DNA of 64,000 bases, taken from an uncultured Planctomycetia bacterium (lineage in GTDB: Bacteria > Omnitrophota > Gorgyraeia > Duberdicusellales > 4484-171). Where the stretch lies: the NCBI GenBank assembly GCA_964489445.1, contig CAZAYU010000007.1:37579-101578 (forward strand), written 5' to 3'. How positions within the stretch are numbered: the stretch's first letter is position 1; each line of letters opens with the position of its first letter. A program made the translations under genes and the position numbers. The notes beneath the pieces were generated by a model, which searched no databases, was not told the DNA's origin, and saw only the letters and a program-made list of their open reading frames with translations. Positions 29,070-38,674 of the stretch are shown here, in pieces.

Positions 29070-29195
29070 TCAGCCGAATGTCCTAATGTAGACTCTCGGT
29101 GCAGATTTTTCATCCCTCGACTGTGCTCGGGACTTCCTTTGATCGTAAGTCTTTTGTTTGTTTGGTATATTTTTGTAAACCTTTTAATTGGGCAT
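29070..29195 (-). pseudogene. Orphan miaB 5' fragment C (internal stop)
   Basis: MPN*KVYKNIPNKQKTYDQRKSRAQSRDEKSAPRVYIRTFG*. Confidence 0.8.
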
Positions 29196-29218
29196 ATCCC
29201 TATTTTATTTCATAATCT

Positions 29219-29662
29219 TTAAATTTTTATTTTTGGAGGAAACGATTCTCCTGCTTCCTGCTCTGTCATAGGAGCTGAACCGTGCATATGCACAATAAGC
29301 CACTTTTGGCCTCGCTGTTCCAATACTATGCTCGTACGCATTGTTAGCTCTGCTTTCTGCCCATGAATAGCCACGTGTACTAAATAATCGGCAGCAACCC
29401 ATGCCACTGTTCCGGCAGCCGATATTGTATACCATCCCAAATTGCAGGAAATACTGTCGCATTGACTGAAGTCACGCTCAAATTGAGCCCTAATTTCTTT
29501 TGGCCCAACTCTCTTTTCGTCTTTGCCCGTACCAATACACACTACGTCCGGATCTGAAGCAAAAAGATCCAGCATTCCATTTACGTCCTTTTTTTCGTAA
29601 CACTCAAATGACCGTTTCAGAATCTTCATAATCTCGGTCTCGGTTTTTACATCTGCTTTCAC
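29219..29662 (-). CDS. SnoaL/NTF2-like protein
   Basis: IGTGKDE...WLIVHMHGS pattern. Confidence 0.8.
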   Translation of the reverse strand: MKADVKTETEIMKILKRSFECYEKKDVNGMLDLFASDPDVVCIGTGKDEKRVGPKEIRAQFERDFSQCDSISCNLGWYTISAAGTVAWVAADYLVHVAIHGQKAELTMRTSIVLEQRGQKWLIVHMHGSAPMTEQEAGESFPPKIKI

Positions 29663-29696
29663 GTTATGCCTCCTTTTTTACGCATATAGACTTTTT

Positions 29697-30887
29697 TCAT
29701 GGCTTTCTCGATTTCAATATGCCTTTCTTTAAGAAAGACGTATATTGGATGGCATCAACCGGACAAACATTCAAGCAACGAGCACAACTAAAACAATCTG
29801 CCGGCATTTTCTTGCTGTTAACCAGTCCTGCTGCGGCTTCCAGGGGACATGCCTTTATACAAGCACCACATTGAGTACACTTCTCTTTATCAACTCGCAC
29901 ACGAAAAGCGCTGAATCGCTCAGCTATCCAAGAAATAAGACCAAAAGGACAGATAAGCTGACAAAATGGGCGATAGGCAATGAATGATAGCAACAAGGTA
30001 ATGATTACAATTAAGAGAATACTGAATGTTTCAAAATGTAAATCAAAAAGATTAAAGGGGTTAATATAGTGGTAAATTACAAATCCCTTGCGCTCCCCAA
30101 TGATTCCAAATAGTAAAAGAAACATGGCAATAAAAAGACATGCGCGAATTGTGTTTGTGAGCATAAATGGCAGTTTTCTTTTTTTGATTTTTCGCAAAAT
30201 TGGAATACTGTAGATAAGCTCTTGCAAAGCACCAAAAGGACACGCCCAGCCGCAAATCATCTTATTACCAATAACAGCGAGCATAATAAAAAAACCAAAA
30301 GCAATTGCTTTGACTATTGGATCGGGATAAAGCCCTACCATGGATTTTAATACCTTGACGGTCCCCTCCATGGGGTTAGGCGATTTACCAAGAAGGAACC
30401 CAGCTACTACTACAGAAAACAAAAGAACAATAATATACGGGGTTTTTGGATACCATGTGCAGTGGCTCTTACTATCCGATCCGTCGGGACGCCCCAGCCT
30501 TACAAGAAATACAAGCCCAAAGAGAACCAGTGCTGCATAAATATAATATTTAAGTATGGACTCACGATGGGAGAGAATATGCTCAATGGCATGATCAAGC
30601 TCTTCGTATGCCACACCTAACGTTCGGACTGGTTTTTTCTTAGAAACGTCAAGTGGCAGTTCAAGTTCCCTGGCAAGACCTTTACCTGTGACTCCAAGTT
30701 TGGGAGCAATATCTTGAATAGACATATTAATGTTGAAATCAATCGATTCCTTTGATTTGCTCGATGAGTTCAACAAAATCCCAAGGACTATAATCGCGAG
30801 CATTCCTGCCACAGTCACGAATAACCAGATCCGCTGTTTAAAAGAAATTTGAGAAAACCAAGAACTAGTATTCATTTTGTCTTCCAC
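29697..30887 (-). CDS. Membrane 4Fe-4S binding protein (NapH/MauN/YccM-like)
   Basis: CGWACP, FCQLICP, two CxxCxxCxxxCP motifs. Confidence 0.85.
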   Translation of the reverse strand: MEDKMNTSSWFSQISFKQRIWLFVTVAGMLAIIVLGILLNSSSKSKESIDFNINMSIQDIAPKLGVTGKGLARELELPLDVSKKKPVRTLGVAYEELDHAIEHILSHRESILKYYIYAALVLFGLVFLVRLGRPDGSDSKSHCTWYPKTPYIIVLLFSVVVAGFLLGKSPNPMEGTVKVLKSMVGLYPDPIVKAIAFGFFIMLAVIGNKMICGWACPFGALQELIYSIPILRKIKKRKLPFMLTNTIRACLFIAMFLLLFGIIGERKGFVIYHYINPFNLFDLHFETFSILLIVIITLLLSFIAYRPFCQLICPFGLISWIAERFSAFRVRVDKEKCTQCGACIKACPLEAAAGLVNSKKMPADCFSCARCLNVCPVDAIQYTSFLKKGILKSRKP

Positions 30888-30992
30888 AATTAATTGTTAT
30901 AAGATCAGGGATCTGTTTCCAAACAATCCAGTCAATTAACCCAGAAAAAACTACACCTAAATGTGAATATGCTAATCTTTCTTATGTAATAT

Positions 30993-31880
30993 CTATCCTA
31001 GCGGCTCAATATGCACTGAAATAAAAACATTGCTACCGAATACTTCCTTTATCTTCTCCTCTACGTTTATGGAGACAACATGGCCTTCGGTAATATTTAA
31101 ATTCTTATTTACTTTTATATGTAAATCAATAGCTATGTGACTACCTATTCTACGTGTTTTAAGATTATGCGGTATTTCAGCACCGGGAACAGAACGAACA
31201 ACAGACAGAATTTTATCTTCTTCTTCATCGCTTAAGGATACTTCCAGCAATTCGTTAATGGCTCCTGTAGAAATTACAATGGCAGTTTTAATAATAAACA
31301 AACTCACTATAATTGCGGCTATAGGATCGAGAATATACCATTTTTCTCCGAGAATTATTGCGCCGCCTATTCCAACCATTGCCCCCACAGAAGAAAAAGC
31401 ATCTGACCGATGATGCCACGCGTTAGCAATAATTGCCTGGCTGTTAATTGCCCTTCCCACCTTTGCGGTATAACGATATAAACATTCTTTACTTATTATA
31501 GAAATTATAGCTGCATAAAATGCTATTAGTCCTGGCCGGGGAGCTATCTGTCCTTGATAAAACTGAAAAACACGACACAATCCAAACCAGCAAATCCTAA
31601 AGCCCACAATTAGTAAAATTACACCAATAATTACTGTTGTTAGGGTTTCAACCTTGCCATGTCCATAATCATGACTCTTGTCAGCAGGTTTATCGACAAT
31701 TTTAAAGCCAAATAATACCACAATGTCTGTAGCCAGATCGGAAAGAGAATGAAAAGCATCAGCAATCATAACCACACTTTGGCCCCACACGCCCGCCAAT
31801 AGCTTTAAAAAGGTTAAGGCAAGATCAACAAAAAGTCCAACCCATGTAACACGACTTGCTTTGGTGACTCTACTTATCAT
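30993..31880 (-). CDS. Cation diffusion facilitator transporter
   Basis: DAFHSLSD, HDYGHGK, HHRSD, HIEP. Confidence 0.92.
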   Translation of the reverse strand: MISRVTKASRVTWVGLFVDLALTFLKLLAGVWGQSVVMIADAFHSLSDLATDIVVLFGFKIVDKPADKSHDYGHGKVETLTTVIIGVILLIVGFRICWFGLCRVFQFYQGQIAPRPGLIAFYAAIISIISKECLYRYTAKVGRAINSQAIIANAWHHRSDAFSSVGAMVGIGGAIILGEKWYILDPIAAIIVSLFIIKTAIVISTGAINELLEVSLSDEEEDKILSVVRSVPGAEIPHNLKTRRIGSHIAIDLHIKVNKNLNITEGHVVSINVEEKIKEVFGSNVFISVHIEPLG

Positions 31881-31946
31881 TTGTCTATTATAACAAAAAA
31901 GACTGATTTAGTAAAAGATATTTACGTTGAAAGGATAAAAGTAAAA

Positions 31947-32870
31947 TTAAAAGGAATAGCTCAGGGCAGAAATAAATCGATAATCATTCTTTTTAGCCTG
32001 AGCGTCAGGGCTGGAATTGTAATCATCAACAATGCTAAAGCGTAAAGCCAGCTGTTTATTTATCGGGGTAATTAAAGATGTTTCCGAATGTAAACGATAT
32101 TCTCCGCCATGGCTTAGTGAAGGATATAGTTGCACCTCTTGAATAATTTTCAATTTAGAAAAAATTTGCTTTTCCAAAAGAATCCGGGGAGTTAAAACTA
32201 TTTCTGTCTTGTTAGCAGAACCATTACTATAATGGGTATACTCGTATCCTACGCCACAATCAGCCATTAGCTTAAACTGCTCTTGTGTAGCAAACCAATA
32301 CCCCACCCCCAGAGAAGGAACTAGGCGATATCCTATACTATCAAAGCGATCATGGTCACCCTCAATCTTGCTATACCGATACCAACGCTTATTTTTAAAA
32401 CTCTGGGCATATCTAAGCGAAGCCCGCCATCTTTGTGCATTCATTTGTTTATTTGTTGAACTGTAATAAATATCACCGCGAGTAGTAAACTCATCGTGAT
32501 CTGTTTTCCGATTTAAAAGCCCTTGAATGTTCAACTGACTTTCTTTGGTATTTCCGCCAGATTGATTGCAGCCCAAAGAAAGCTCACCATTCCATAATTT
32601 TTCCTCCCTAACCTCATTAGCATCGGGAATATCGTTAGCCTTACCTGTAGAATCTTTTTTACTGTCCAAGATAATGCTGCGGATGAATTTTTTCTCTACA
32701 GAAATCCTACCAACTGCCTCAGTTTCAACGGTTACAAGATCCTCACTGTTATCATCAATAATCACTCCGCTTATCCGATCGCCATTCTCTAGATATATCT
32801 GCCCACAATAAGCAGGAATCGATAAAACCAGAAAGCATAAAAAACAAAAATAAATTCTAATAAATAACAT
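31947..32870 (-). CDS. DUF481-like outer membrane beta-barrel protein
   Basis: Signal peptide, LENGDRISG, amphipathic strands, C-terminal YSF. Confidence 0.75.
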   Translation of the reverse strand: MLFIRIYFCFLCFLVLSIPAYCGQIYLENGDRISGVIIDDNSEDLVTVETEAVGRISVEKKFIRSIILDSKKDSTGKANDIPDANEVREEKLWNGELSLGCNQSGGNTKESQLNIQGLLNRKTDHDEFTTRGDIYYSSTNKQMNAQRWRASLRYAQSFKNKRWYRYSKIEGDHDRFDSIGYRLVPSLGVGYWFATQEQFKLMADCGVGYEYTHYSNGSANKTEIVLTPRILLEKQIFSKLKIIQEVQLYPSLSHGGEYRLHSETSLITPINKQLALRFSIVDDYNSSPDAQAKKNDYRFISALSYSF

Positions 32871-32892
32871 TAATCTTCTGCTCTTTCCTTAA

Positions 32893-33561
32893 TTAGTTGC
32901 TCTTATTTTCATAGCCTACAGTTTGGGTAAGAACTATTTCTTGATCAGGACGTAAATTCATTACTTTATGCAAAACATCTTTATTTACCCAGCCTCTTGC
33001 AACTGTTGCCAACTCTTTTGACGCGCAATACAAATATACATTTTGAGAAATGAACCCGGTATCTACTGCCGAGTAAAAACGTTTGTTGTCTTCTACTTTA
33101 TCCATCCGAGAATAATCTGCCACATAGATAAGGTTGACTGCAGCCACAGAAACAAATTCCTGTTCACCTGTAGAGCTGCGGATATCCTCATCTAGCATTA
33201 ATTGCAGTGTGTGGTCTTTCGCATTGTAAAGATAAAGGCCATCTTTCATAGCAACAAAAATATCAATTTCCTGCATATTGCAAGCCGAAGGTGCAGTACG
33301 TAATCCGGAATCTGGTCGGTTTATTCCAAAGGCCGCCCATAACAAATCGGATAATACCTGTTTTGGTAGCTTCTTGCTACTAAAATTACGGCTAGACCTT
33401 CTTTCCTTTAGTGACTGTACTAGTGACTTACCTCCTGCTGCCTGCACTTTGGGAAGCTTTATGATTTCTGATATAACAGCTTGGTCTGTTGTGCCTACTT
33501 CCGCAAAAACATTAGATGCTGACAAACAAATTACTATTATTGACACCCACACTTTCATCAA
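32893..33561 (-). CDS. SagB/ThcOx-type nitroreductase
   Basis: RRSSR, RTAPSA, QNVYL. Confidence 0.85.
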   Translation of the reverse strand: MMKVWVSIIVICLSASNVFAEVGTTDQAVISEIIKLPKVQAAGGKSLVQSLKERRSSRNFSSKKLPKQVLSDLLWAAFGINRPDSGLRTAPSACNMQEIDIFVAMKDGLYLYNAKDHTLQLMLDEDIRSSTGEQEFVSVAAVNLIYVADYSRMDKVEDNKRFYSAVDTGFISQNVYLYCASKELATVARGWVNKDVLHKVMNLRPDQEIVLTQTVGYENKSN

Positions 33562-33624
33562 TATCCCCTTTACATCTAATAATTAATTTAAATTTAATTA
33601 CTCTAGAATAGAATAAATAAAAAA

Positions 33625-34134
33625 TTATAGCCAGCTAATTAATTCATCCAATGATTTCTTCGGCTTAGGCATTGCAGGCTCCAGCGGATACCCCAAAGAA
33701 ATAACGCTGACTAATAACTCGCCTGGACATGCCTTTGCGAACGAAGCAACTTTATTAGCATAATCCTTTTTATCGCCAGCTATCCAACAAGCACCAATAC
33801 CTAAAGAAGAAGCAGCAAGCAATATATTTTGTGTAGCAGCCGAGCAGTCTTCAAGGTAGTACTTAGTATCCGCTGATAATATAATTATTGCAGCGACTGC
33901 TTCAACCATAAAAGCACCATTCGGTGATACTATTTGAGATAATTCCTTTATTTTTTTCTTATCCACAGTTACAATAAATCGCCAAGGCTGCACATTACGT
34001 GCAGTAGCTGCCAGGCGTCCGGCGTCCACGATTCGCTCAATATCTTTACGCTCAATAGGCTTGCTGGCATATTTGCGTACTGACACTCGTTTATTTACAA
34101 CATCAAAAAAATCCATATTTTTACTCTGAAACAA
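33625..34134 (-). CDS. Nitroreductase family protein
   Basis: RVSVRKY, ATARNVQPW, LGIGACW. Confidence 0.88.
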   Translation of the reverse strand: MFQSKNMDFFDVVNKRVSVRKYASKPIERKDIERIVDAGRLAATARNVQPWRFIVTVDKKKIKELSQIVSPNGAFMVEAVAAIIILSADTKYYLEDCSAATQNILLAASSLGIGACWIAGDKKDYANKVASFAKACPGELLVSVISLGYPLEPAMPKPKKSLDELISWL

Positions 34135-34756
34135 TAGGATACGTAGCTATTATACCTTTTGCGGTATCAACTTTGTCTCCTTCCTTAACCTTAATTTCAC
34201 ACTCCGGAGGTAATAATAGGGCAACGGCAGAACCTAGTTTTATGTGCCCTATTTTATCGCCCCTCCCAACGCTATCCCCCACAGACACGTCACAGACAAT
34301 TCTACGAGCTACCAGGCCTGCAATTTGAATCACTGTTAATGTTATATCCCCATCAATGACAATACTATTGTGTTCATTGCTCTTGTATGCATCTTTTAAA
34401 AACACATTACGATGCATGCCTGGTTTATGTTTAATTTGACGTATCTCCCCGGCAATAGGACTCACTGTAACATGCTTATGGTATAACTTCATAAAAATAA
34501 TCACCAAAGATGATCCGTCTTTTATATACGGTTCAAGCTCAGAGAAAGAACATTGTTTATCGAAACAGTTAATTTCTAAAGGATTACAATCAGCTACCTT
34601 AATATTATTAATAATCTTTAGAACGTGACCTTCTGTTGGAGAGATAACTAAGTTATCTCCTTTGGGCATTTTTTCTTTTAGTGACGGTATTGTGTAACAA
34701 CCACACAAAAACATCATACAACCCAAAAATAAATAAAAAATGTAACGCATTTTCAA
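34121..34756 (-). CDS. psd: Phosphatidylserine decarboxylase proenzyme-like
   Basis: ISPTEG, NEHN, QIAGLVARRI, LGS self-cleavage motif. Confidence 0.75.
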   Translation of the reverse strand: MKMRYIFYLFLGCMMFLCGCYTIPSLKEKMPKGDNLVISPTEGHVLKIINNIKVADCNPLEINCFDKQCSFSELEPYIKDGSSLVIIFMKLYHKHVTVSPIAGEIRQIKHKPGMHRNVFLKDAYKSNEHNSIVIDGDITLTVIQIAGLVARRIVCDVSVGDSVGRGDKIGHIKLGSAVALLLPPECEIKVKEGDKVDTAKGIIATYPIVSE

Positions 34757-35992
34757 TTAAAATATGTCCGCAATCAGATCTAAATAATCAGATATTAACC
34801 TGGTCGTAAGAAATTTTTCTCTTACCGATTCCTTAGCAGCTTTTCCCATTTTCTGGCTAAGCTTAGGATCTTTTAACAACTTAATAACTCTGTCGGCACA
34901 CATTCTGTAGTTGTGTGGATCAACGAGAAATCCAGTTTTTCCATCTATAATTTGATTGGGTATTCCACCAACACATCCGGCAACAACAGGCTTCTCTTTC
35001 CAGAGCGCTTCTGCAACCACAAGACCAAAACCTTCTTTTATTGATTTTTGAATTATCACAGTGGAAAATCTCTGAATAGCATTCACTAAAAGTTCATTAT
35101 TGCCCACCACGAACAAAACATCACCATCATTTACAAATTTCTTTGCTTTTTTATACACTTTTTCGTATATTTTCATCCCTTCCGGATCATCTGTGGCTAA
35201 ATTATAACAATAAAGAAGCCGGCAATCTACTTTTTCTTTTACCAGCGCAAACACATCCAAAACACCTTCGGGATCTTTCCAAATGTCCATACGTGATACT
35301 TGGGTGATGATAGGTTTATCTGTAGGAATATTTGACTTTTTGAGATACTTCATTATTGTCTTAGAAGACAATTCTCTGTTTTTCATTGATAAAGGATCAA
35401 TTGCCGGAGCAATAACTTTTTGTGGAACAGAGATATCATCCTTTCTGTACTTTTCACTAGAAATAATTATCATATCATAGCGAATTATGAACCTTTTTAG
35501 AAATTCCCACAGCTCTTTGTTAGGATCAGTAATGTCAATATGGCATCTCCAAATCCACGGTTGCTGTTTACGGTAAAACTTTATTAGCGGAAGCGGTTGT
35601 GGGTCATGAACAACTAAGCAATCATAGTTATTAAGGTGAGAAAAACTTGCATACTCTTGGTTTATGTCTAAATATAAATTTTTTACCTGATCGGTAAGAG
35701 TGATATCTCCGCTTTGAAGCGCATTATGAAAGGACTTAGTTATATCAAAGAAAGCCGGACTACCATGGATTGTTCGCCATTCAGCGTCAAGGCCAATTTC
35801 ATTCATAAGCGGAACCATTCTTCCTAATATTTCAGCAACACCTCCTCCTAAAAATGTTGCGTTAACATTTGCTATTCGTTTGCCATACAGCTTATTAGCT
35901 TTTTTGTAAATTTTTGAAATAGCATCTGGCCCAACAATATCAATATAGTCACCTACACTTCTTAGCATATCAATCCTCCTCTGTGTAACCAA
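34757..35992 (-). CDS. GT4 glycosyltransferase, trehalose synthase TreT-like
   Basis: GGGVAEIL, HDPQP, WRCHID, KSIKEGFGL. Confidence 0.85.
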   Translation of the reverse strand: MVTQRRIDMLRSVGDYIDIVGPDAISKIYKKANKLYGKRIANVNATFLGGGVAEILGRMVPLMNEIGLDAEWRTIHGSPAFFDITKSFHNALQSGDITLTDQVKNLYLDINQEYASFSHLNNYDCLVVHDPQPLPLIKFYRKQQPWIWRCHIDITDPNKELWEFLKRFIIRYDMIIISSEKYRKDDISVPQKVIAPAIDPLSMKNRELSSKTIMKYLKKSNIPTDKPIITQVSRMDIWKDPEGVLDVFALVKEKVDCRLLYCYNLATDDPEGMKIYEKVYKKAKKFVNDGDVLFVVGNNELLVNAIQRFSTVIIQKSIKEGFGLVVAEALWKEKPVVAGCVGGIPNQIIDGKTGFLVDPHNYRMCADRVIKLLKDPKLSQKMGKAAKESVREKFLTTRLISDYLDLIADIF

Positions 35993-36184
35993 TTATTCAT
36001 TATTTGTTTACCGAAATTTACCTTTTAAAAAGAATCATCGCTTATTACAAGTTACATTTTAATTTTATTATAACAAAAATAAACTATCCAGTAAGACATA
36101 CTTAACAACAAAATAAAAAAGGCCGATTATGTGGCCGCATACATGAAGTCTATGTAATTCATCGAGTTAAACACTTAAATGCTA

Positions 36185-36694
36185 TCAGTTTAAAACTGGC
36201 ATAACAGGAATAAGACGAGTAGCCATATCCTTGTCTATGAAAAGTATAGCCGATGAATCATTCTTTACAAGTGAAAGTTTTACTAAAACATCACTCGGAT
36301 TTTTTTCTTCTTCAATCTGTTCGCTTATGAACCATTGTAGCTTTATTTTGGCAGCATTATCATTTACGCCTTCCGCAATATTATACAAATCATTAATGCT
36401 TTTTGTAACTTTTTTCTCATGCGCAAGAGTCTTTTCAAACACATCACCGACTGAGTCAAAATCAATATCAGGCTGATCAATCGCTCCTAAAACCACTCTG
36501 CTGTTGCGGTTGTTCATGAAATTAAAAAATATCATAGCGTGAATAATCTCCTCTTGCGCTTGCATTTGCATCCAGTGGCTAAAACCATCAAGCCCCTGCG
36601 CAGCGAAATAAGCAGACATTGAAAGATAAAGATACGAAGAATAAAGTTCTTTTACAATTTGCTCATTAATTGCTTTTGCTAATTTACTATCCAT
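36185..36694 (-). CDS. ftnA: Non-heme ferritin
   Basis: ELYSSYLYLSM, EEIIHA, WFISEQIEEE. Confidence 0.9.
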   Translation of the reverse strand: MDSKLAKAINEQIVKELYSSYLYLSMSAYFAAQGLDGFSHWMQMQAQEEIIHAMIFFNFMNNRNSRVVLGAIDQPDIDFDSVGDVFEKTLAHEKKVTKSINDLYNIAEGVNDNAAKIKLQWFISEQIEEEKNPSDVLVKLSLVKNDSSAILFIDKDMATRLIPVMPVLN

Positions 36695-36736
36695 AATTAT
36701 GACCTCCTTACGATTTTAAACACGATAGCTATACCT

Positions 36737-37171
36737 TTACAGATTTGTTTCTTCAATCCAACAGCCATGCAAGCTACAATGTCCAATTACAGATAATTTT
36801 CCACTTTCTACCTTAAGGTGCAGTGCGGCAGCTGGATTAAGTTTTTCCGGCGTAAGATGAACTCTAGCTAAAAAATCATTGTCCAGATAAAAATCAATAA
36901 ACACGATATAATGCTCTTGCGTCATAGGATGGGTAACTTTTCCTATCTTTGCATGAATGTCTTGACACCCTTCGGGAATGAGACCGCACTTCTTTTCAAC
37001 TACTATAACCGGTGTGTGTTTTTCGCTTAAATTTAATTCATCTTGAGCAATCTTAATCGCATCTAGCTTCTCTTGAAATGATGTCCTGGGCGCTCCACAT
37101 ACTGGGCATTTATCCGGTGCACCTTCGTTTAGAGATATATAGCCACAAACACGGCAAACTATTCCTTTCAT
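36737..37171 (-). CDS. Rubredoxin-like + superoxide reductase (desulfoferrodoxin-type) protein
   Basis: CRVCGY...CPVCG, EKHTP, HPM, HYI, CSLHG. Confidence 0.8.
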   Translation of the reverse strand: MKGIVCRVCGYISLNEGAPDKCPVCGAPRTSFQEKLDAIKIAQDELNLSEKHTPVIVVEKKCGLIPEGCQDIHAKIGKVTHPMTQEHYIVFIDFYLDNDFLARVHLTPEKLNPAAALHLKVESGKLSVIGHCSLHGCWIEETNL

Positions 37172-37242
37172 GAGAACCCCCTTTTTTTAATATATTTTCT
37201 ATTAAAAGGTATTTATCCGTGCTACTTTTGTAGTGTTGTTTT

Positions 37243-37434
37243 TTAGACTTTTCTTTTTCTGCCCAGAAAAAAACCTATGATAAAACCAATAGTCATTACT
37301 ATTGGCAGCAAAATAATTCTGGACATACTTATTTTCCAAAACAAAAATTGAACTGATACAACCTGTGTGTTCTGAAGCAGAATAATTAACAATATTACTG
37401 CCAGAATAAAAATGAAAATAGCTTTAGCCTTCAT
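37243..37434 (-). CDS. LapA/DUF1049-like small membrane protein
   Basis: LQNTQVVSVQFLFW between two TM helices. Confidence 0.75.
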   Translation of the reverse strand: MKAKAIFIFILAVILLIILLQNTQVVSVQFLFWKISMSRIILLPIVMTIGFIIGFFLGRKRKV

Positions 37435-37566
37435 AACCTGCCCCCTGTTTTTAGCTTACGCTATTATACCAACTTACACCAAAAAACAACACATTATTAT
37501 TTGGCTGAAAATACAGAGATAAAGTATTTTATTTGATAACGACAGCATGCATGATATTATAGCTTC

Positions 37567-38607
37567 ATGTTTAATGTTATAAAAAATAAGATCAACGAGG
37601 AGCTGGAAAAATATATTAGCTATGTAGATAAAAAATACAACCTACATCGGATATCTCCCCTTCTTTTGCACAGCATAAAGGAATTTGTTCTACGCGATGG
37701 CAAAAGGCTACGCCCGGCTTTGTTTGTAATCGGGTATAAAGGATTTTCTGCAAAAACTCCTAAAAACCTATTTCGTAGCGCTCTATCTATGGAATTACTC
37801 CATGATTTCTTTCTTATCCATGATGATATAGTGGACAAATCAAATATGCGTCGAGGAAAACCAACAATGCATATTGCACTTGATGAGAAAATTAAAAAAG
37901 CAAAAAAAGCAAAACTCACCGGCCAGGATCTAGCAATAATAACAGGAGATATACTGTACTCACTAGCAATGGAATCTTTTCTGTCCATAAAAACAAGTCC
38001 TGCCCGTAAGGAGAAAGCGCTTATTAAATTCATTGAAGCTGCCTGTTACACCGGCTGCGGAGAGTACATTGAAATGCTTCTTGGCTCTGCTGATATAAAA
38101 AATGTGACAAAGAATAAAATATACGAAATTTACGACTATAAAACCGCACACTACACATTTATTGCTCCGCTTACAGCAGGCGCAATACTTGCCAATGCTT
38201 CAAAGCGGGAGGTTAAGCAACTTTCTGAACTTGGCATAAATTTAGGCAGAGCATTTCAAATCAAAGACGACATCCTAGGCATATTTGGCAATGAAAGCTC
38301 AACTGGGAAATCTTCTCTTACAGATTTAGAGGAAGACAAAAAAACTCTGCTGACTTGGCATGCTTATAATAATGCCTCAGAAAAACAACAATCAATAATA
38401 AGAAAAATAACAACTAAAGGTAAGCTAACCAGGGAAGATTTAAACGAAGCTCAAAGAATTATTAAAAATACAGGAAGTCTGGAATATGCGGAAAAAGAAA
38501 TACAAAAATTTGTTCATCGCTCACTTGATATCTTAAAAGCATCAAAAATGAAATTAAAATATAAAAACGGGTTGCTCTCCTACATCAAAAAGATATTGAA
38601 CCTTTAA
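37567..38607 (+). CDS. Polyprenyl diphosphate synthase
   Basis: GKRLRP, HDDIVD, RRG, KTA, FQIKDD. Confidence 0.92.
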   Translation: MFNVIKNKINEELEKYISYVDKKYNLHRISPLLLHSIKEFVLRDGKRLRPALFVIGYKGFSAKTPKNLFRSALSMELLHDFFLIHDDIVDKSNMRRGKPTMHIALDEKIKKAKKAKLTGQDLAIITGDILYSLAMESFLSIKTSPARKEKALIKFIEAACYTGCGEYIEMLLGSADIKNVTKNKIYEIYDYKTAHYTFIAPLTAGAILANASKREVKQLSELGINLGRAFQIKDDILGIFGNESSTGKSSLTDLEEDKKTLLTWHAYNNASEKQQSIIRKITTKGKLTREDLNEAQRIIKNTGSLEYAEKEIQKFVHRSLDILKASKMKLKYKNGLLSYIKKILNL

Positions 38608-38674
38608 AAAAAGCTTATTTTTGGTATCATTTGCAAAAAATCACCAGAAGCTACATTGAAAAAAAGAAAAATAC

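Larger units (their letters stand above)
22164..29075. mobile_element. Integrated cassette 3 at miaB (pcm, RnfD-like, sod, esterase, copA)
   Basis: Bounded by GGCTG cores of miaB fragments A and C; may be composite. Confidence 0.55.

Noticed and set aside
18042-29195. Intron-split miaB or an invertible shufflon
   Set aside because: No group I/II intron features or RT, the proximal miaB is already complete, and all copies are in direct orientation, which fits integration/excision rather than inversion.
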